59,405 nt of DNA, from assembly GCA_003247225.1 (NCBI GenBank), contig QKAK01000098.1, forward strand, positions 1-59,405, read 5' to 3'. Positions 36,898-46,679 of this stretch are shown here, in pieces. Each line of letters starts with the position of its first letter. The first letter of the stretch is position 1. The position numbers and the translations under genes are program-made. The notes beneath the pieces were generated by a model that saw only the letters and a list, made by a program, of their open reading frames with translations, was not told the DNA's origin and ran no database searches. The DNA is from Spirochaetota bacterium (lineage in GTDB: Bacteria; Spirochaetota; Spirochaetia; Treponematales; UBA12059).

Positions 36898-38202
36898 ATG
36901 CCCGTCGAACACCGCGAGCCTTTCTCGGCCGCGAGCGCGCCGCGCCGCGCCGTCGCCTACGTCTCGAGCTTCCCGAAGCCTATCTGGCTCCTCGTCGCCG
37001 CCACCCTGGTCGAGTCCACCGGACGCTTCATGGTCGTACCGTACCTGAGCCTGTACATGAAGGGCGAGGGCGTCAGCCTCGGCGCCCTCGGGCTCGTGCT
37101 CGGCGCCGCGCCCGTGGCCAGCGTGGCCTTCGGCGCCTGGGGCGGGCACCTGGCCGACCGCTGGGGCCGCAAGCCGGTCCAGATACTCGGCGTCTCCCTG
37201 AGCGCCTCGGCCCTGTTCGGCTTCGCGTTCGCCGGCTCGAACGTCTACGTGCTCGCGCTGCTCAACTTCCTGAACGGCATGACGCGCACCTTCTACCGCC
37301 CGGCGACGAACGCCGCGATCGCGGACTTCGCGCCGCCCGAGCGCCGATCCGAGGCCTACGCGCTGCACCGCATAGCGATCAACGCCGCGTTCGGCTGGGG
37401 CCCGCTCATCGGCGTCGGGCTGTTCCTCGTCGCTCCGCGGACGGGATTCATCGTCAGCGGCGTCCTGAACCTGCTCGTCGGCGTGTTCATAGCGCTCGCG
37501 ATACCCGAGTCGTCGCCTCGTTCCGAGTCGTCGCCTCGTCCCGCGCGACCGGGTCGGCCCGGAACCGCCGAGCGCGATACGGGCGCCGCCGCCTCGAAGC
37601 CGGCCTGGCGCACCATCGCCGCGGACGGCGTCTTCTGGCTGTGGACCGCGGGCATGATGCTCGTCTGGGGCGCGTACGACCTGATCCAGAGCTTCCTGCC
37701 GCTCCACCTGACCGAGGCCGGCGTGCCGCTCTGGGTCTACGGTTCGGCGCTGACGGTCAACGCGCTCGTCTGCGTGTTCGCGCAGCTGCCCGCCAGCCGC
37801 CTCCTGCGGGTCGCGCCGATAGGTCCGTCGGCCGGCGCGTCGAAGCTGGCCTTCGCGGCGGGCTTCCTGGGCATGGCCTTCCTGCGCTCGCCGGCGTGGC
37901 TGCTCGCGGCGATGCTCGTCCTGTCGATAGGCGAGGTCTGGGGCTCGGCGGTGCAGTCGCGCTTCGTGCCGGAGCACGCGGCGCCCGGGCTGATCGGCCG
38001 CTACCTTGGCCTGAGCACGCTGTTCGAGCTCGGCAAGGCCTTCGTGGCGCCGGCCGCCGGCTTCCTGATGCAGGCCTACGGCGGCTCGGCCGTGTTCGCC
38101 GCGGCGGCCGCCCTGTCGGTCGCCGGCGGCTCGCTGCTCTACCTGGCCGGCTCGCGCCACGACGGAAGCGGCATCGGCCCGGCCAGGCCGGCGCGGGCCT
38201 GA
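36898..38202 (+). CDS. MFS transporter
   Basis: 434 aa with about 12 predicted TM segments and motif-A-like GHLADRWGRK. The central loop contains an in-frame 18-bp tandem duplication (37505-37540, ESSPRS/ESSPRP). Confidence 0.85.
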   Translation: MPVEHREPFSAASAPRRAVAYVSSFPKPIWLLVAATLVESTGRFMVVPYLSLYMKGEGVSLGALGLVLGAAPVASVAFGAWGGHLADRWGRKPVQILGVSLSASALFGFAFAGSNVYVLALLNFLNGMTRTFYRPATNAAIADFAPPERRSEAYALHRIAINAAFGWGPLIGVGLFLVAPRTGFIVSGVLNLLVGVFIALAIPESSPRSESSPRPARPGRPGTAERDTGAAASKPAWRTIAADGVFWLWTAGMMLVWGAYDLIQSFLPLHLTEAGVPLWVYGSALTVNALVCVFAQLPASRLLRVAPIGPSAGASKLAFAAGFLGMAFLRSPAWLLAAMLVLSIGEVWGSAVQSRFVPEHAAPGLIGRYLGLSTLFELGKAFVAPAAGFLMQAYGGSAVFAAAAALSVAGGSLLYLAGSRHDGSGIGPARPARA

Positions 38203-38306
38203 GCCACGACGCGTCCGGGCGCCGGGGCTAGGCGGCGGACGGTCTGTCGGCGCGGCGCCGGCCCCGGTCGCGTGACCGGGCCGGAAGACGGCGCCTTAAA
38301 AGCGGC

Positions 38307-39353
38307 CTAGGGGCGCAGCAGCTCTATCTCGAACACCAGCACGGCGTCCGGCGGCACCACCCCGCCGGCGCCGCGCGAGCCGTAGCCTAGCTCCGGCGGT
38401 ATGGCGACTATGCAGCGCTCGCCGTAGCTCATCGCGGCGACCGCCTTGTCGAAGCCGGGTATCACCTGGCCGCCGCCGAGCCTGAACTCGAGCGGCTCGT
38501 TGCCGCGGTCGGCCGTCGAGTCGAGCCTGCGGCCGTCGGCCAGCGTCAGCGTATAGAGGATCCGCACCGTAGAGCCGGCCGCCGGCTTGGCGCCGCTCCC
38601 GGCCGCCAACGACTTGCGCCACAGCCCGTCGGCGCCGAGCGACATGCCCGGGATCCTATCCTTGACCGCGGCGAACTGCTTATCGACCGCGGCCTTGGCC
38701 CGCTCGGCCGCACCGGACGCGTAGGCGGCCAGGTCGGCGTCGAAGCGGGCCTTGTCGGCCTTGAACGAGGCGGCCTTCGCCCCCTTGCGCGCTATCGTCA
38801 CCCGCTTCATCAGGTCGCCCTTGCGTATCGCGCGGACCGCGTCCATGCCGGCTACCACGCGGCCGAAGACCGTGTACCCGCCGTTCAGGTGGTTCGCGGC
38901 GCCGAGCGTGATGAAGAACTGGCTGCCGTTCGTGTCGGGCCCCGCGTTGGCCATGCCGAGGACGCCGGCCGAGCCGAAGCCCAGCTCCGGTACGATCTCG
39001 TTCGGGAACTCGTAGCCCGGCCCGCCGCGGCCGGTACCGGTCGGGTCGCCGCCCTGGATCACGAAGCCCGGCTCGACCCGGTGGAAGCTCACGCCGTCGT
39101 AGTACGGCCTCCCGTCCTTCGAGAACGAGCCCTCGGCGAGGCCTACGAAGCTGGCCACGGCGAACGGGGCCCTGTCGGCGTACAGCTCGAGCACGACGGC
39201 GCCGCGGACCGTCTCGATCACCGCGTACAGGCCGTCGGGCAGCGCGGCGACCGGATCGGGCCGGCCGGGCAGGGCCGTCTGGGCCCCGAGCGCCCCGACG
39301 ATGGAGCAGAGCAGGAGCGCGCCGATAGCGGCGCGGCGGATATTCGTCATCAT
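38307..39353 (-). CDS. Dual-family peptidyl-prolyl isomerase: N-terminal cyclophilin + C-terminal FKBP, secreted
   Basis: 348 aa with a signal peptide. Cyclophilin motifs [25 protein letters not shown] and [20 protein letters not shown] motifs [11 protein letters not shown] and PPELGYG...[14 protein letters not shown]. Confidence 0.9.
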   Translation of the reverse strand: MMTNIRRAAIGALLLCSIVGALGAQTALPGRPDPVAALPDGLYAVIETVRGAVVLELYADRAPFAVASFVGLAEGSFSKDGRPYYDGVSFHRVEPGFVIQGGDPTGTGRGGPGYEFPNEIVPELGFGSAGVLGMANAGPDTNGSQFFITLGAANHLNGGYTVFGRVVAGMDAVRAIRKGDLMKRVTIARKGAKAASFKADKARFDADLAAYASGAAERAKAAVDKQFAAVKDRIPGMSLGADGLWRKSLAAGSGAKPAAGSTVRILYTLTLADGRRLDSTADRGNEPLEFRLGGGQVIPGFDKAVAAMSYGERCIVAIPPELGYGSRGAGGVVPPDAVLVFEIELLRP

Positions 39354-39405
39354 GAGCCTCCGCGGCGAGGATACGCTATGGACGACGAGGCCCGCAAGGC
39401 GGTAT

Positions 39406-39424
39406 TATACCCCTTGGGGGTATA
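39406..39424. promoter_or_regulatory. Candidate CsoR operator upstream of copA
   Basis: TATACCCC-TTG-GGGGTATA, a pseudo-palindrome with 8-bp perfect arms, ends 3 nt before the copA ATG. A G/C-tract flanked by TA-rich arms is the pattern I recall for CsoR operators. Confidence 0.55.
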
Positions 39425-39427
39425 TCG

Positions 39428-41884
39428 ATGAGAACCGACACCGTCGAGATCAGGGGCATGAGCTGCGCTTCCTGCGCCAGGGCCAGCGAACGGGCCGTCG
39501 CGGGCGTACCGGGCGTCTCGAGCGCCTCGGTCAACTTCGCCACCGAGGCGCTGACCGTCGAGTACGACGAGGGCGCGACCGGGCTCGAGTCGATCGCCGC
39601 CGCGATAGCCGAGGCCGGCTACGAGGCCGTGCTGCCGGCCCCGGCGAAGAGCGCGACCGTGCCGATAGGCGGCATGAGCTGCTCCGCCTGCGCCGCCGCC
39701 GTCGAGCGGGCCGTGGCCAGGGTACCGGGGGTAGCCGCGGCGTCGGTGAACTTCGCCTCGGAGCGCCTGTCGGTATCGTGGGACCCGGCCGTGGCCAGGC
39801 TGTCGGCGATAAAGCTGGCCGTCAAGGACGCGGGCTACGAGGCGCTGGCCGCCGACTCGGGGCCGGCCGCCGTCGACGAGCACGCCGAGGCCAAGGAGCG
39901 CGAAGCGCGTTGGCAAAAAAGGCGTTTCGTCGTCGCGCTAGCGACGGCCCTTCCCCTCCTCTACGTATCGATGGGCCACATGATCGGCCTGCCGCTGCCG
40001 TCGTTCCTCCACCCGATGCATAGCCCCCTCGGCTTCGCGCTCGTCCAGGCGGCGCTGACGCTGCCGGCGCTCTGGGCCGGACGCAGATTCTACGTCGTCG
40101 GCGTCAGGGCGCTGCTCAGGCGGGCGCCGAACATGGACAGCCTGATAGCGATAGGCACCGGCTCGGCGATGGCCTACAGCCTCTGGTCGACCGTCCAGAT
40201 AGCCCTCGGAGACGCGTCCGCCGCGGGCCACCTCTATTACGAGTCGGTAGCGGTGATCATCGCGCTGATCCTGCTCGGCAAGTACCTCGAGGCCCGGTCG
40301 AAGGGCAAGGCGTCCGAGGCTATCAAGAAGCTGATGGGCCTGGCGCCGAAGACCGCGGTCGTCGTGTCGGATTCGGGCGACCTCGAGCTGCCGGTCGACG
40401 AGGTGGCCGTCGGAGACGTCATACGCGTCAGGCCCGGCGAGCGGGTGCCGGTCGACGGCGTCGTCGTCGCCGGGGACACCAGCCTCGACGAGTCGATGCT
40501 GACCGGCGAGAGCCTGCCCGTCGAGAAGGGGCCGGGCGACCGGGTATCCGGCGCCACCGTCAACGGCCAGGGCATGTTCACCTTCAGGGCGACCGCGGTC
40601 GGCGCCGACACGGCCCTGGCCCGCATCGTCCGCCTGGTCGAGGAGGCCCAGGGCTCGAAGGCGCCGATAGCGGCCCTCGCCGACAGGGTATCCGGCGTCT
40701 TCGTGCCGGTCGTCGTGACGATAGCCTTCCTATCGGCGGCCGCCTGGCTCGTCGGCGGGCAAAGCTTCGAGTTCGCGATGCGCGTGTTCGTCGCGGTGCT
40801 GACGATAGCCTGCCCCTGCGCCCTCGGCCTGGCGACGCCGGTCGCGATCATGGTCGGCACCGGGCGCGGCGCGGAGCTGGGCCTCCTGATCAAGGGCGGC
40901 GAGGCCCTCGAGACCGCCCATCGCGTCGGGGCCGTCGCGATCGACAAGACCGGCACCATTACCGTCGGCAAGCCGGCGGTCGTCGAGGTCGTCGCGTACG
41001 GCGGCGCCGACGAGGCGGCGGCGCTCGCGCTGGCCGCGTCGGCGGAGAAGGGCTCCGAGCACCCGCTCGGCGCCGCGATCGTACGCGAGGCGGAAGCCAG
41101 GTCGCTCGAGATATCGTCGCCCGAAGGCCTGTCCGCCCTGCCCGGCCGCGGCATCGAGGCGCGCGTCGGGGGCGCCGACGCGCTCGTAGGCAACGCCAGG
41201 CTGATGGACGAGCGCGGCGTCGACGTACGCCCGGCCGCGGCCGACCTCGAACGCCTCGCGGCCGACGGCAAGACCGCGATGCTCGTCGCGTCGGGCGGCC
41301 GCCTCGTCGGCCTCGTCGCGGTGGCCGACGTCGTCAGGCCGACCAGCCGGGCCGCGGTCGCGGCCCTGAGGGCGCGCGGAATCGAGACCGTGATGATCAC
41401 CGGCGACTCGAGGGCGGTCGCCGAGGCGATAGGCCGCGAGGTCGGGGTAGACCGCGTCGTCGCCGAGGTCCTGCCCGAGGACAAGGCGGCGGCCGTGCGC
41501 GCCCTCCAGGAGGGCGGCGCCCTCGTAGCCATGGTCGGCGACGGCATCAACGACGCGCCGGCGCTGGCGGCGGCCGACGTCGGCATCGCGATAGGCTCCG
41601 GCGCCGACGTAGCGGCCGAGTCGGCCGACATCGTGCTCGCCCGGGGCGACCTGGAGGGCGCCGTCGCCGCCCTCGACCTGTCGCGCGCGACGATGCGCGT
41701 CATCAGGCAGAACCTGTTCTGGGCCTTCGGCTACAACGTGCTCGGCATACCGGTGGCCGCGGGCCTGCTCCATCTGTTCGGCGGGCCGCTGCTCAACCCG
41801 ATGATAGCCGCCGCCGCCATGTCGCTGTCGTCGGTATCGGTCGTCACCAACGCGCTCCGCCTGAGGACGTGGAAGCCGGAATAA
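39428..41884 (+). CDS. copA: Copper-translocating P1B-type ATPase with two N-terminal HMA domains
   Basis: 818 aa. GMSCASC and GMSCSAC, TGES, CPC ([11 protein letters not shown]), DKTGTIT, and [10 protein letters not shown]. Confidence 0.95.
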   Translation: MRTDTVEIRGMSCASCARASERAVAGVPGVSSASVNFATEALTVEYDEGATGLESIAAAIAEAGYEAVLPAPAKSATVPIGGMSCSACAAAVERAVARVPGVAAASVNFASERLSVSWDPAVARLSAIKLAVKDAGYEALAADSGPAAVDEHAEAKEREARWQKRRFVVALATALPLLYVSMGHMIGLPLPSFLHPMHSPLGFALVQAALTLPALWAGRRFYVVGVRALLRRAPNMDSLIAIGTGSAMAYSLWSTVQIALGDASAAGHLYYESVAVIIALILLGKYLEARSKGKASEAIKKLMGLAPKTAVVVSDSGDLELPVDEVAVGDVIRVRPGERVPVDGVVVAGDTSLDESMLTGESLPVEKGPGDRVSGATVNGQGMFTFRATAVGADTALARIVRLVEEAQGSKAPIAALADRVSGVFVPVVVTIAFLSAAAWLVGGQSFEFAMRVFVAVLTIACPCALGLATPVAIMVGTGRGAELGLLIKGGEALETAHRVGAVAIDKTGTITVGKPAVVEVVAYGGADEAAALALAASAEKGSEHPLGAAIVREAEARSLEISSPEGLSALPGRGIEARVGGADALVGNARLMDERGVDVRPAAADLERLAADGKTAMLVASGGRLVGLVAVADVVRPTSRAAVAALRARGIETVMITGDSRAVAEAIGREVGVDRVVAEVLPEDKAAAVRALQEGGALVAMVGDGINDAPALAAADVGIAIGSGADVAAESADIVLARGDLEGAVAALDLSRATMRVIRQNLFWAFGYNVLGIPVAAGLLHLFGGPLLNPMIAAAAMSLSSVSVVTNALRLRTWKPE

Positions 41885-41897
41885 TATGACGAACGTG

Positions 41898-42079
41898 GGT
41901 TCTGAACCACGGAGACACGGAGGCACGGAGAAGACGAAAATGAACTAGTCTATGCGAACGCTAGGGTTTTTGAACCACGAAGGCACGGAGAAAACGATGA
42001 ATCGACGGGAAGCAAGGAGGCGGGACATTCCTGACTGCCTTGCTTAACACGTACTCTCCGTGTCTCCGTGTCTCCGTGG
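41898..42079. repeat. MITE-like element / large hairpin between copA and csoR
   Basis: ACCACGGAGACACGGAGGCACGGAGA (41906-41931) is the reverse complement of 42054-42079 with one mismatch. A shorter direct copy, GAACCACGAAGGCACGGAGAAAACG, lies at 41972-41996. An inner 8-bp hairpin is AAGCAAGG/CCTTGCTT (42010-42046). Confidence 0.7.
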
Positions 42080-42129
42080 TATGCTTTTAGCCTTACTTCT
42101 TCATTCTAGTCGTGCTTAAGGAGTGGTTC

Positions 42130-42441
42130 ATGGACAGTTGCGATAACCGGGCCGAGGGGTGCTCGTGCAAGAAGACGGAGCGGCCCGACGAGCTCAAGCG
42201 CTCGCTCGACGGCCGGCTCGCCAGGATCGAGGGCCAGGTGCGCGGCATACGAAAGATGATCGAGGCCGACGCCTACTGCGACGACGTGATGACGCAGATC
42301 GCCGCCGCCCGGGGCGCGCTCGGCAAGGCGTCCCTCGTCGTGCTCGAGCACCACCTGAAGCACTGCCTGATCGACCACGTGCGCGCCGGCGACGACGGCA
42401 TCGTCGACGAGCTGCTCGACAGCCTGGCCAAGAATTTCTAG
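42130..42441 (+). CDS. csoR: CsoR-family metal-sensing transcriptional repressor
   Basis: ATG at 42130, 6 nt after AAGGAG (the ORF track opens at a GTG at 42112). RLARIEGQVRGIRKMIE, and C-H-C ligands (AYCDDV, EHHLKHC). Confidence 0.88.
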   Translation: MDSCDNRAEGCSCKKTERPDELKRSLDGRLARIEGQVRGIRKMIEADAYCDDVMTQIAAARGALGKASLVVLEHHLKHCLIDHVRAGDDGIVDELLDSLAKNF

Positions 42442-42444
42442 GCG

Positions 42445-43101
42445 CTACCCGCCGAAGCCCGGGTCGCGCAGCGACAGGGCCTCGGCGCCGCGCCTGGCCT
42501 TCTCGAGCGACCGGGAGACGAGGGGCACCGACAGGGCGACGATATGCCTGGCCGGCCGCCGCCTCGGGTCGGAGCCGCGCAGCCTGGCCGCCTCGTCGGC
42601 GGCGCGGGCCTCGGCCGCGGTCCACGGCAGGAAGGCCATCGTCAGCGACGCGCTCCTGGCGACGCGGCCGCCGAACCCGGCCCCGAGCGGCCGCAGTATC
42701 GTTACAAGCGCGTCGCGCAGCTCCACCGGGCTCATGCCGTCCGACAGCCAGGCCGCCGACGCGAGCACGAGGACCAGGCGGCCGCTCCGCGCCAGGGCCG
42801 GCGCCCAGGCGGCCGTCAGCGCGCCGAGGCCGGCCGCGCCGACGCCCCCGACCGACCCGAACGGGAACCCGACGATCGCCGGCAGGAGTGCCGCGACGAG
42901 CGCGTAGCGCGACCGGACGGCCCAGCGGGCCCAGTCCTTGCGCTCGATAAGGCCGAGCGCCAGGACGACGGCGGCGGGCAGGGTCAGCCAGGGCGGCGGC
43001 GCCGCGAGGATGCCCAGCTGCAGGGCCAGGTACAGCGCGAAGCGCCGAGCGCCGCCGAGCGCGCGCGGCCTCGTCCCGACGCTCGTAGCGCGCGCGATCA
43101 T
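42445..43101 (-). CDS. ECF/CbiQ-type transmembrane (T) component
   Basis: Start MIARATS at 43101 (ATGA overlap with the ATPase stop). About 5 TM segments and the operon context bioY-A-T. The sequence itself is only weakly diagnostic. Confidence 0.6.
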   Translation of the reverse strand: MIARATSVGTRPRALGGARRFALYLALQLGILAAPPPWLTLPAAVVLALGLIERKDWARWAVRSRYALVAALLPAIVGFPFGSVGGVGAAGLGALTAAWAPALARSGRLVLVLASAAWLSDGMSPVELRDALVTILRPLGAGFGGRVARSASLTMAFLPWTAAEARAADEAARLRGSDPRRRPARHIVALSVPLVSRSLEKARRGAEALSLRDPGFGG

Positions 43102-43865
43102 CCCGCCGCCGCCTCGACCGCGCGCAGCCAGCTCATATCGCCGAGGCGCCCGACCCCGCCTTCGACGCGCCTGAGGCCGAGCGAGGGCAGCTCGTCCCAC
43201 AGCTCGGCCGGGCTACCGTCTCGGACCACCCGGCCCGCGTCCATCACGACGAGCCGGTCGGCGTGCGCCAGGCACTTCTCCAGGTCGTGGGTCACGACGA
43301 GCACCCCGACGCCGGAGGCGCGCAGGCGCATCAGCGCTTCGAGCAGGTCCGAGGCGCCGGCCCAGTCGAGGCCGTTGAACGGCTCGTCGAGGACTATCAG
43401 CTCCGGCTCCGAGACGAGGGCGGAGGCGACGGCCAGCCTGCGCTTCTCGCCGCCCGACAGGCCGGCGCAGAGGCGAGGGCCGTAGCCGGACAGGCCCGCG
43501 GCCTCGAGCGCCGCGTCGACGCGGGGGGCGTACGACTCCGGCCGCTCGCCCGCCGCCCTCGGGCCGAACTCGGCGTCCTCGCGGACGGTCACGCCGAGTA
43601 TCTGGTGCTCCGGCTCCTGGAACACGAGGGCTATTCGGCGCCTGGCCTCGGCCAGGCAGCGGCTCAGCGGCCTATCGTCGACGAGGATCTCGCCGGAGTC
43701 GGCCTCCTCGAGGCCGAGCGCGTGCCTGATCAGCAGCGACTTGCCCGAGCCGTTCCCGCCCGACAGCGCGACGAACGACGGCGTCTCGATAGCCAGGCTC
43801 GCGCCGTCGAGGCCCCTCGTACCGTCGGCGAAGGCCTTGACCAGGCCACGGAGCTCAAGCCTCAT
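43098..43865 (-). CDS. ECF-type ABC ATPase (A component)
   Basis: MRLELRGLVKAF, Walker A GGNGSGKS, LSGGEKRR, and IVLDEPFNGLD. An alternative start lies at 43898. Confidence 0.85.
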   Translation of the reverse strand: MRLELRGLVKAFADGTRGLDGASLAIETPSFVALSGGNGSGKSLLIRHALGLEEADSGEILVDDRPLSRCLAEARRRIALVFQEPEHQILGVTVREDAEFGPRAAGERPESYAPRVDAALEAAGLSGYGPRLCAGLSGGEKRRLAVASALVSEPELIVLDEPFNGLDWAGASDLLEALMRLRASGVGVLVVTHDLEKCLAHADRLVVMDAGRVVRDGSPAELWDELPSLGLRRVEGGVGRLGDMSWLRAVEAAAG

Positions 43866-44475
43866 CGCGCGCCTTCCCGGAGGCTGGCGCCGCGTCACTC
43901 GGGCGGCCCGCCCGTTCCTCCGCCGGCAGGTACTCGGCCAGGAGCGGCCGCAGGGCCCGCACGAGTCCGGCCGCGGCGAGCGCCTTGGCCGCGTCGCCTA
44001 TCAGGTACGGCGCCATCATCAGGAAGGCGGTCCCCATCGTCACGCTCCGGTCGGGGCTCGCGTCGAGCACCGCCCTGAAGCGGGGGAGGCCGACGATATA
44101 CAGCGCCGCCACGCCGGCGAGGGCGCCGGCCGCGGCCCGTCCGAAGCCCCAGCCGCGCCGGTCCGAGACGGCGCCGGCGACGACCGCGGCCGCGACGTAG
44201 CCGACGAGGAAGCCGCCGGTCGGCCCGGCCAGCTGCCCGAGGCCGCCGGCGCCGTTGGCGAACACCGGCAGTCCGACCGCGCCGAGGCCCAGGTAGAGGC
44301 CGGTAGCGGCCGCCGCCCAGCGCGGCCCCAGCAGCAGGCCGGCCAGCAGCGAGAAGAACACCGCCAGCGTCACCGGCGGCAGGGGCGGCGGCAGGGGCAG
44401 CGAGAAGAGCGCGCCCATCGCGATCATCGCCGCGAACAGCGACGTCAGTACCAGCTTGAATCCGTTCCGTTTCAT
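43855..44475 (-). CDS. bioY: Biotin transporter S component BioY
   Basis: 206 aa. PVTLAVFFSLLAGLLLGPRW...GLPVFANG...GPTGGFLVGY is typical of BioY. Confidence 0.88.
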   Translation of the reverse strand: MKRNGFKLVLTSLFAAMIAMGALFSLPLPPPLPPVTLAVFFSLLAGLLLGPRWAAAATGLYLGLGAVGLPVFANGAGGLGQLAGPTGGFLVGYVAAAVVAGAVSDRRGWGFGRAAAGALAGVAALYIVGLPRFRAVLDASPDRSVTMGTAFLMMAPYLIGDAAKALAAAGLVRALRPLLAEYLPAEERAGRPSDAAPASGKARDEA

Positions 44476-44480
44476 CCTAT

Positions 44481-45401
44481 CTATCCTTCCACGCTATGCG
44501 AGCAATACTCGCCCATCGACAGGCTCGTGCCGTCGGCGCCGTAGAGATCGCCTCGGCGGTCGAAGCCGACCGGCTCGAAGGCGCGGCGCTCGCCGTTCCA
44601 CAGCACGACGGTCATGCGGCGGCCGGGGGGCGGCAGCAGGCGATCCCATCGGCCGGGATCCAGGAGCGGCGCGGCGCACCAGGCGACCAGCTCGCGCACT
44701 ATCGCGGAAGCCACCGAGGCCCGCTTGGCGGCGGTTCCCCCGGCGAGCAGGCCGGGCGCCACGCTGAGGCCGACGCCGACCACGTAATACTCCGCCGCGG
44801 CCACGTCGCCGTAGGCCTCGACGAGCGCGCCGCCGACCTTCTCGCCGCCCCGCCGGAGCTCGCCCGGCCACGAGTACGACAGTCCCCCGGCCCCTGCGGA
44901 CTCGAGCGCCCGCAGCGTCGCGGCGGCCGCCTCGAGCGCCAACGCCCCGGCGTGCGAAGGCGGCAGGGCCGAGCGCAGCGCCGTCGACAGGTACAGGCCG
45001 CCGGCCGGGCTATCCCAGGCGCCGCCGGCGCGGGCGCGCCCGGAGCGCTGGCCGAGCGCCAGGGCCGTCGCCCCGGACGGGGCCCCGGCCTCCGCCAGCG
45101 CCCGCGCCTCGTCCATCGTCGACCCGACCGTATCGAACAGCACGACCGGGCCCGGGGCGTCCAGCTCCCAGCCGGCCAGGCCGTCGTCGCTGACCAGCTC
45201 GTAGCCCCGCCGCGACGAGCCGATGCCGTAGCCCCAGGCCCGCAGCGACGCGACGCGCTTCCACAGCGCCACCCGGCTCACGCCGAGCTCGGCAGCCAGC
45301 GCCTCGCCCGACAGCGGCCCGCCGGCGTCGCGCAGCCGCTCGACGATGTAGCGGTCGCGCTCGTCCGGGGACAGGGCCGCCGCATGCGACGAGGCGGTCA
45401 T
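44481..45401 (-). CDS. birA: Bifunctional biotin-protein ligase / biotin operon repressor BirA
   Basis: 306 aa. N-terminal HTH (LSGEALAAELGVSRVALWKRVASLRAWGYGI), then a ligase core (QRSGRARAGGAWDSPAGGLYLS). Confidence 0.85.
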   Translation of the reverse strand: MTASSHAAALSPDERDRYIVERLRDAGGPLSGEALAAELGVSRVALWKRVASLRAWGYGIGSSRRGYELVSDDGLAGWELDAPGPVVLFDTVGSTMDEARALAEAGAPSGATALALGQRSGRARAGGAWDSPAGGLYLSTALRSALPPSHAGALALEAAAATLRALESAGAGGLSYSWPGELRRGGEKVGGALVEAYGDVAAAEYYVVGVGLSVAPGLLAGGTAAKRASVASAIVRELVAWCAAPLLDPGRWDRLLPPPGRRMTVVLWNGERRAFEPVGFDRRGDLYGADGTSLSMGEYCSHSVEG

Positions 45402-45403
45402 CT

Positions 45404-45435
45404 CGTAAACCTAGTATTACAAGTCTCGGTTAACA
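45404..45435. promoter_or_regulatory. Candidate BirA operator
   Basis: Minus strand TGTTAACC-N16-GGTTTACG, compared with the known BirA box TGTAAACC-N14-16-GGTTTACA. It lies immediately upstream of the birA ATG and downstream of a possible TTGACG-17-CGACAT promoter (45445-45473). Confidence 0.55.
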
Positions 45436-45530
45436 TGCGCTGCAATGTCGCACGGGAGGCGACCCGTCGTCAAGGCCGAAGGCCGCCGATACTGCTTGCC
45501 CGCCGGCGTTCGAGGAGCGACAATCAGGGC

Positions 45531-46664
45531 ATGGCAACGAACCATGGCGTCATCGTACGAGAAGCCGTCGAGCCTCGGGACCTTCGCGCGTTCGTCGGGC
45601 TGCCGAGGCGCGTCTACGCCGCCGACCCGGCCTGGGCGCCGCCGATCTGGGCGGCCGAGCGGACTGCCTACCGGCCGGGCCGCAACGCGGTGCTCGACCG
45701 CTCGGCGCATGCGCTCCTGATCGCGCTCTCGGGCGACAGGGTCGTCGGCCGCGTCGTCGCCTACGTCGACCCGCGCTTCAACGCGCATTTCGGCGCGAGG
45801 ACCGGCTTCTTCGGCTCGTTCGAGTGCGAGGACGACGGCCGGGCCTCGGCGGACCTGCTCGGCGCGGCGGAGGCCTGGCTCGCGGGGCGCGGCATGGACA
45901 GGGTCCGCGGCCCGATCGACCCGGTCGCCGAGCGCTGGGGCCTACTCGTCGAAGGCTACGAGCGCGCCCCCGTCTACATGTCGCCCCATAACCCGCCGTA
46001 CTACGGGCGCCTGCTCGAGGCGTCCGGCTACGCCGGCGTCAAGGACCTGCTCGCCTACGAGGCGGACGCGTCGGCCGGCTACTCGATACCGGAACGCTTC
46101 GCCCGCTTCGAGGCGACGCTCGCCGCCAGGCGGCCGACGCTGACGACCAGGACGATAGACCCCCGTCGCCTCGACCGCGACGCCGAGCATATCAGGCGCA
46201 TCCTCAACGCCGGCGTCGACGGCAACTGGGGCTACGTGCCGGTCGAGGCCGACGAGATGGCCGGCGTCGTCCGCGACCTCAGGCCGGTCCTCGACCCGGC
46301 CGCCGTCTGGTTCGTCGAGGACGCCGGCGTACCGGTAGCCTGCTGCCTCGGCTTCCCCGACGTCAACGTCATCCTCCGGAAGACCGGCGGGCGGCTCTTC
46401 CCGACCGGCGCCCTCAGGCTGGCGCTCGGGGCGCGCCGGCTCCGCGACTACAGGCTCTGGGGCCTCGCAGTACTGCCCGCGTACCAGGGCCGGGGCCTGG
46501 ACGTGCTCCTCTACCTGCGCCTGCACCGCGCGCTCGCGCCCCGCGGCGTCCGCCTCGAGGCGAACTACGTCCTCGAGGATAACTTCAGGATCCGCAACGC
46601 CCTCGAGAAGCTCGGCATGACGCCGATCAAGCGCTACCGGGTCTACGAGAAGGGGATCCTATAG
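45531..46664 (+). CDS. GNAT-superfamily N-acetyltransferase-like protein
   Basis: 377 aa from the ATG at 45531 (the ORF track frame stays open far upstream, antisense to birA). The C-terminal region LWGLAVLPAYQGRGLDVLLY is a GNAT motif-A-like Q/RxxGxG/A. Confidence 0.7.
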   Translation: MATNHGVIVREAVEPRDLRAFVGLPRRVYAADPAWAPPIWAAERTAYRPGRNAVLDRSAHALLIALSGDRVVGRVVAYVDPRFNAHFGARTGFFGSFECEDDGRASADLLGAAEAWLAGRGMDRVRGPIDPVAERWGLLVEGYERAPVYMSPHNPPYYGRLLEASGYAGVKDLLAYEADASAGYSIPERFARFEATLAARRPTLTTRTIDPRRLDRDAEHIRRILNAGVDGNWGYVPVEADEMAGVVRDLRPVLDPAAVWFVEDAGVPVACCLGFPDVNVILRKTGGRLFPTGALRLALGARRLRDYRLWGLAVLPAYQGRGLDVLLYLRLHRALAPRGVRLEANYVLEDNFRIRNALEKLGMTPIKRYRVYEKGIL

Positions 46665-46679
46665 GGGCCGATCCGTCGC

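Noticed and set aside
44496-45530. 5' extension of the GNAT ORF (722-aa version)
   Set aside because: The extension is antisense to birA and Arg/Ala-rich. The recognisable protein begins at the ATG at 45531.
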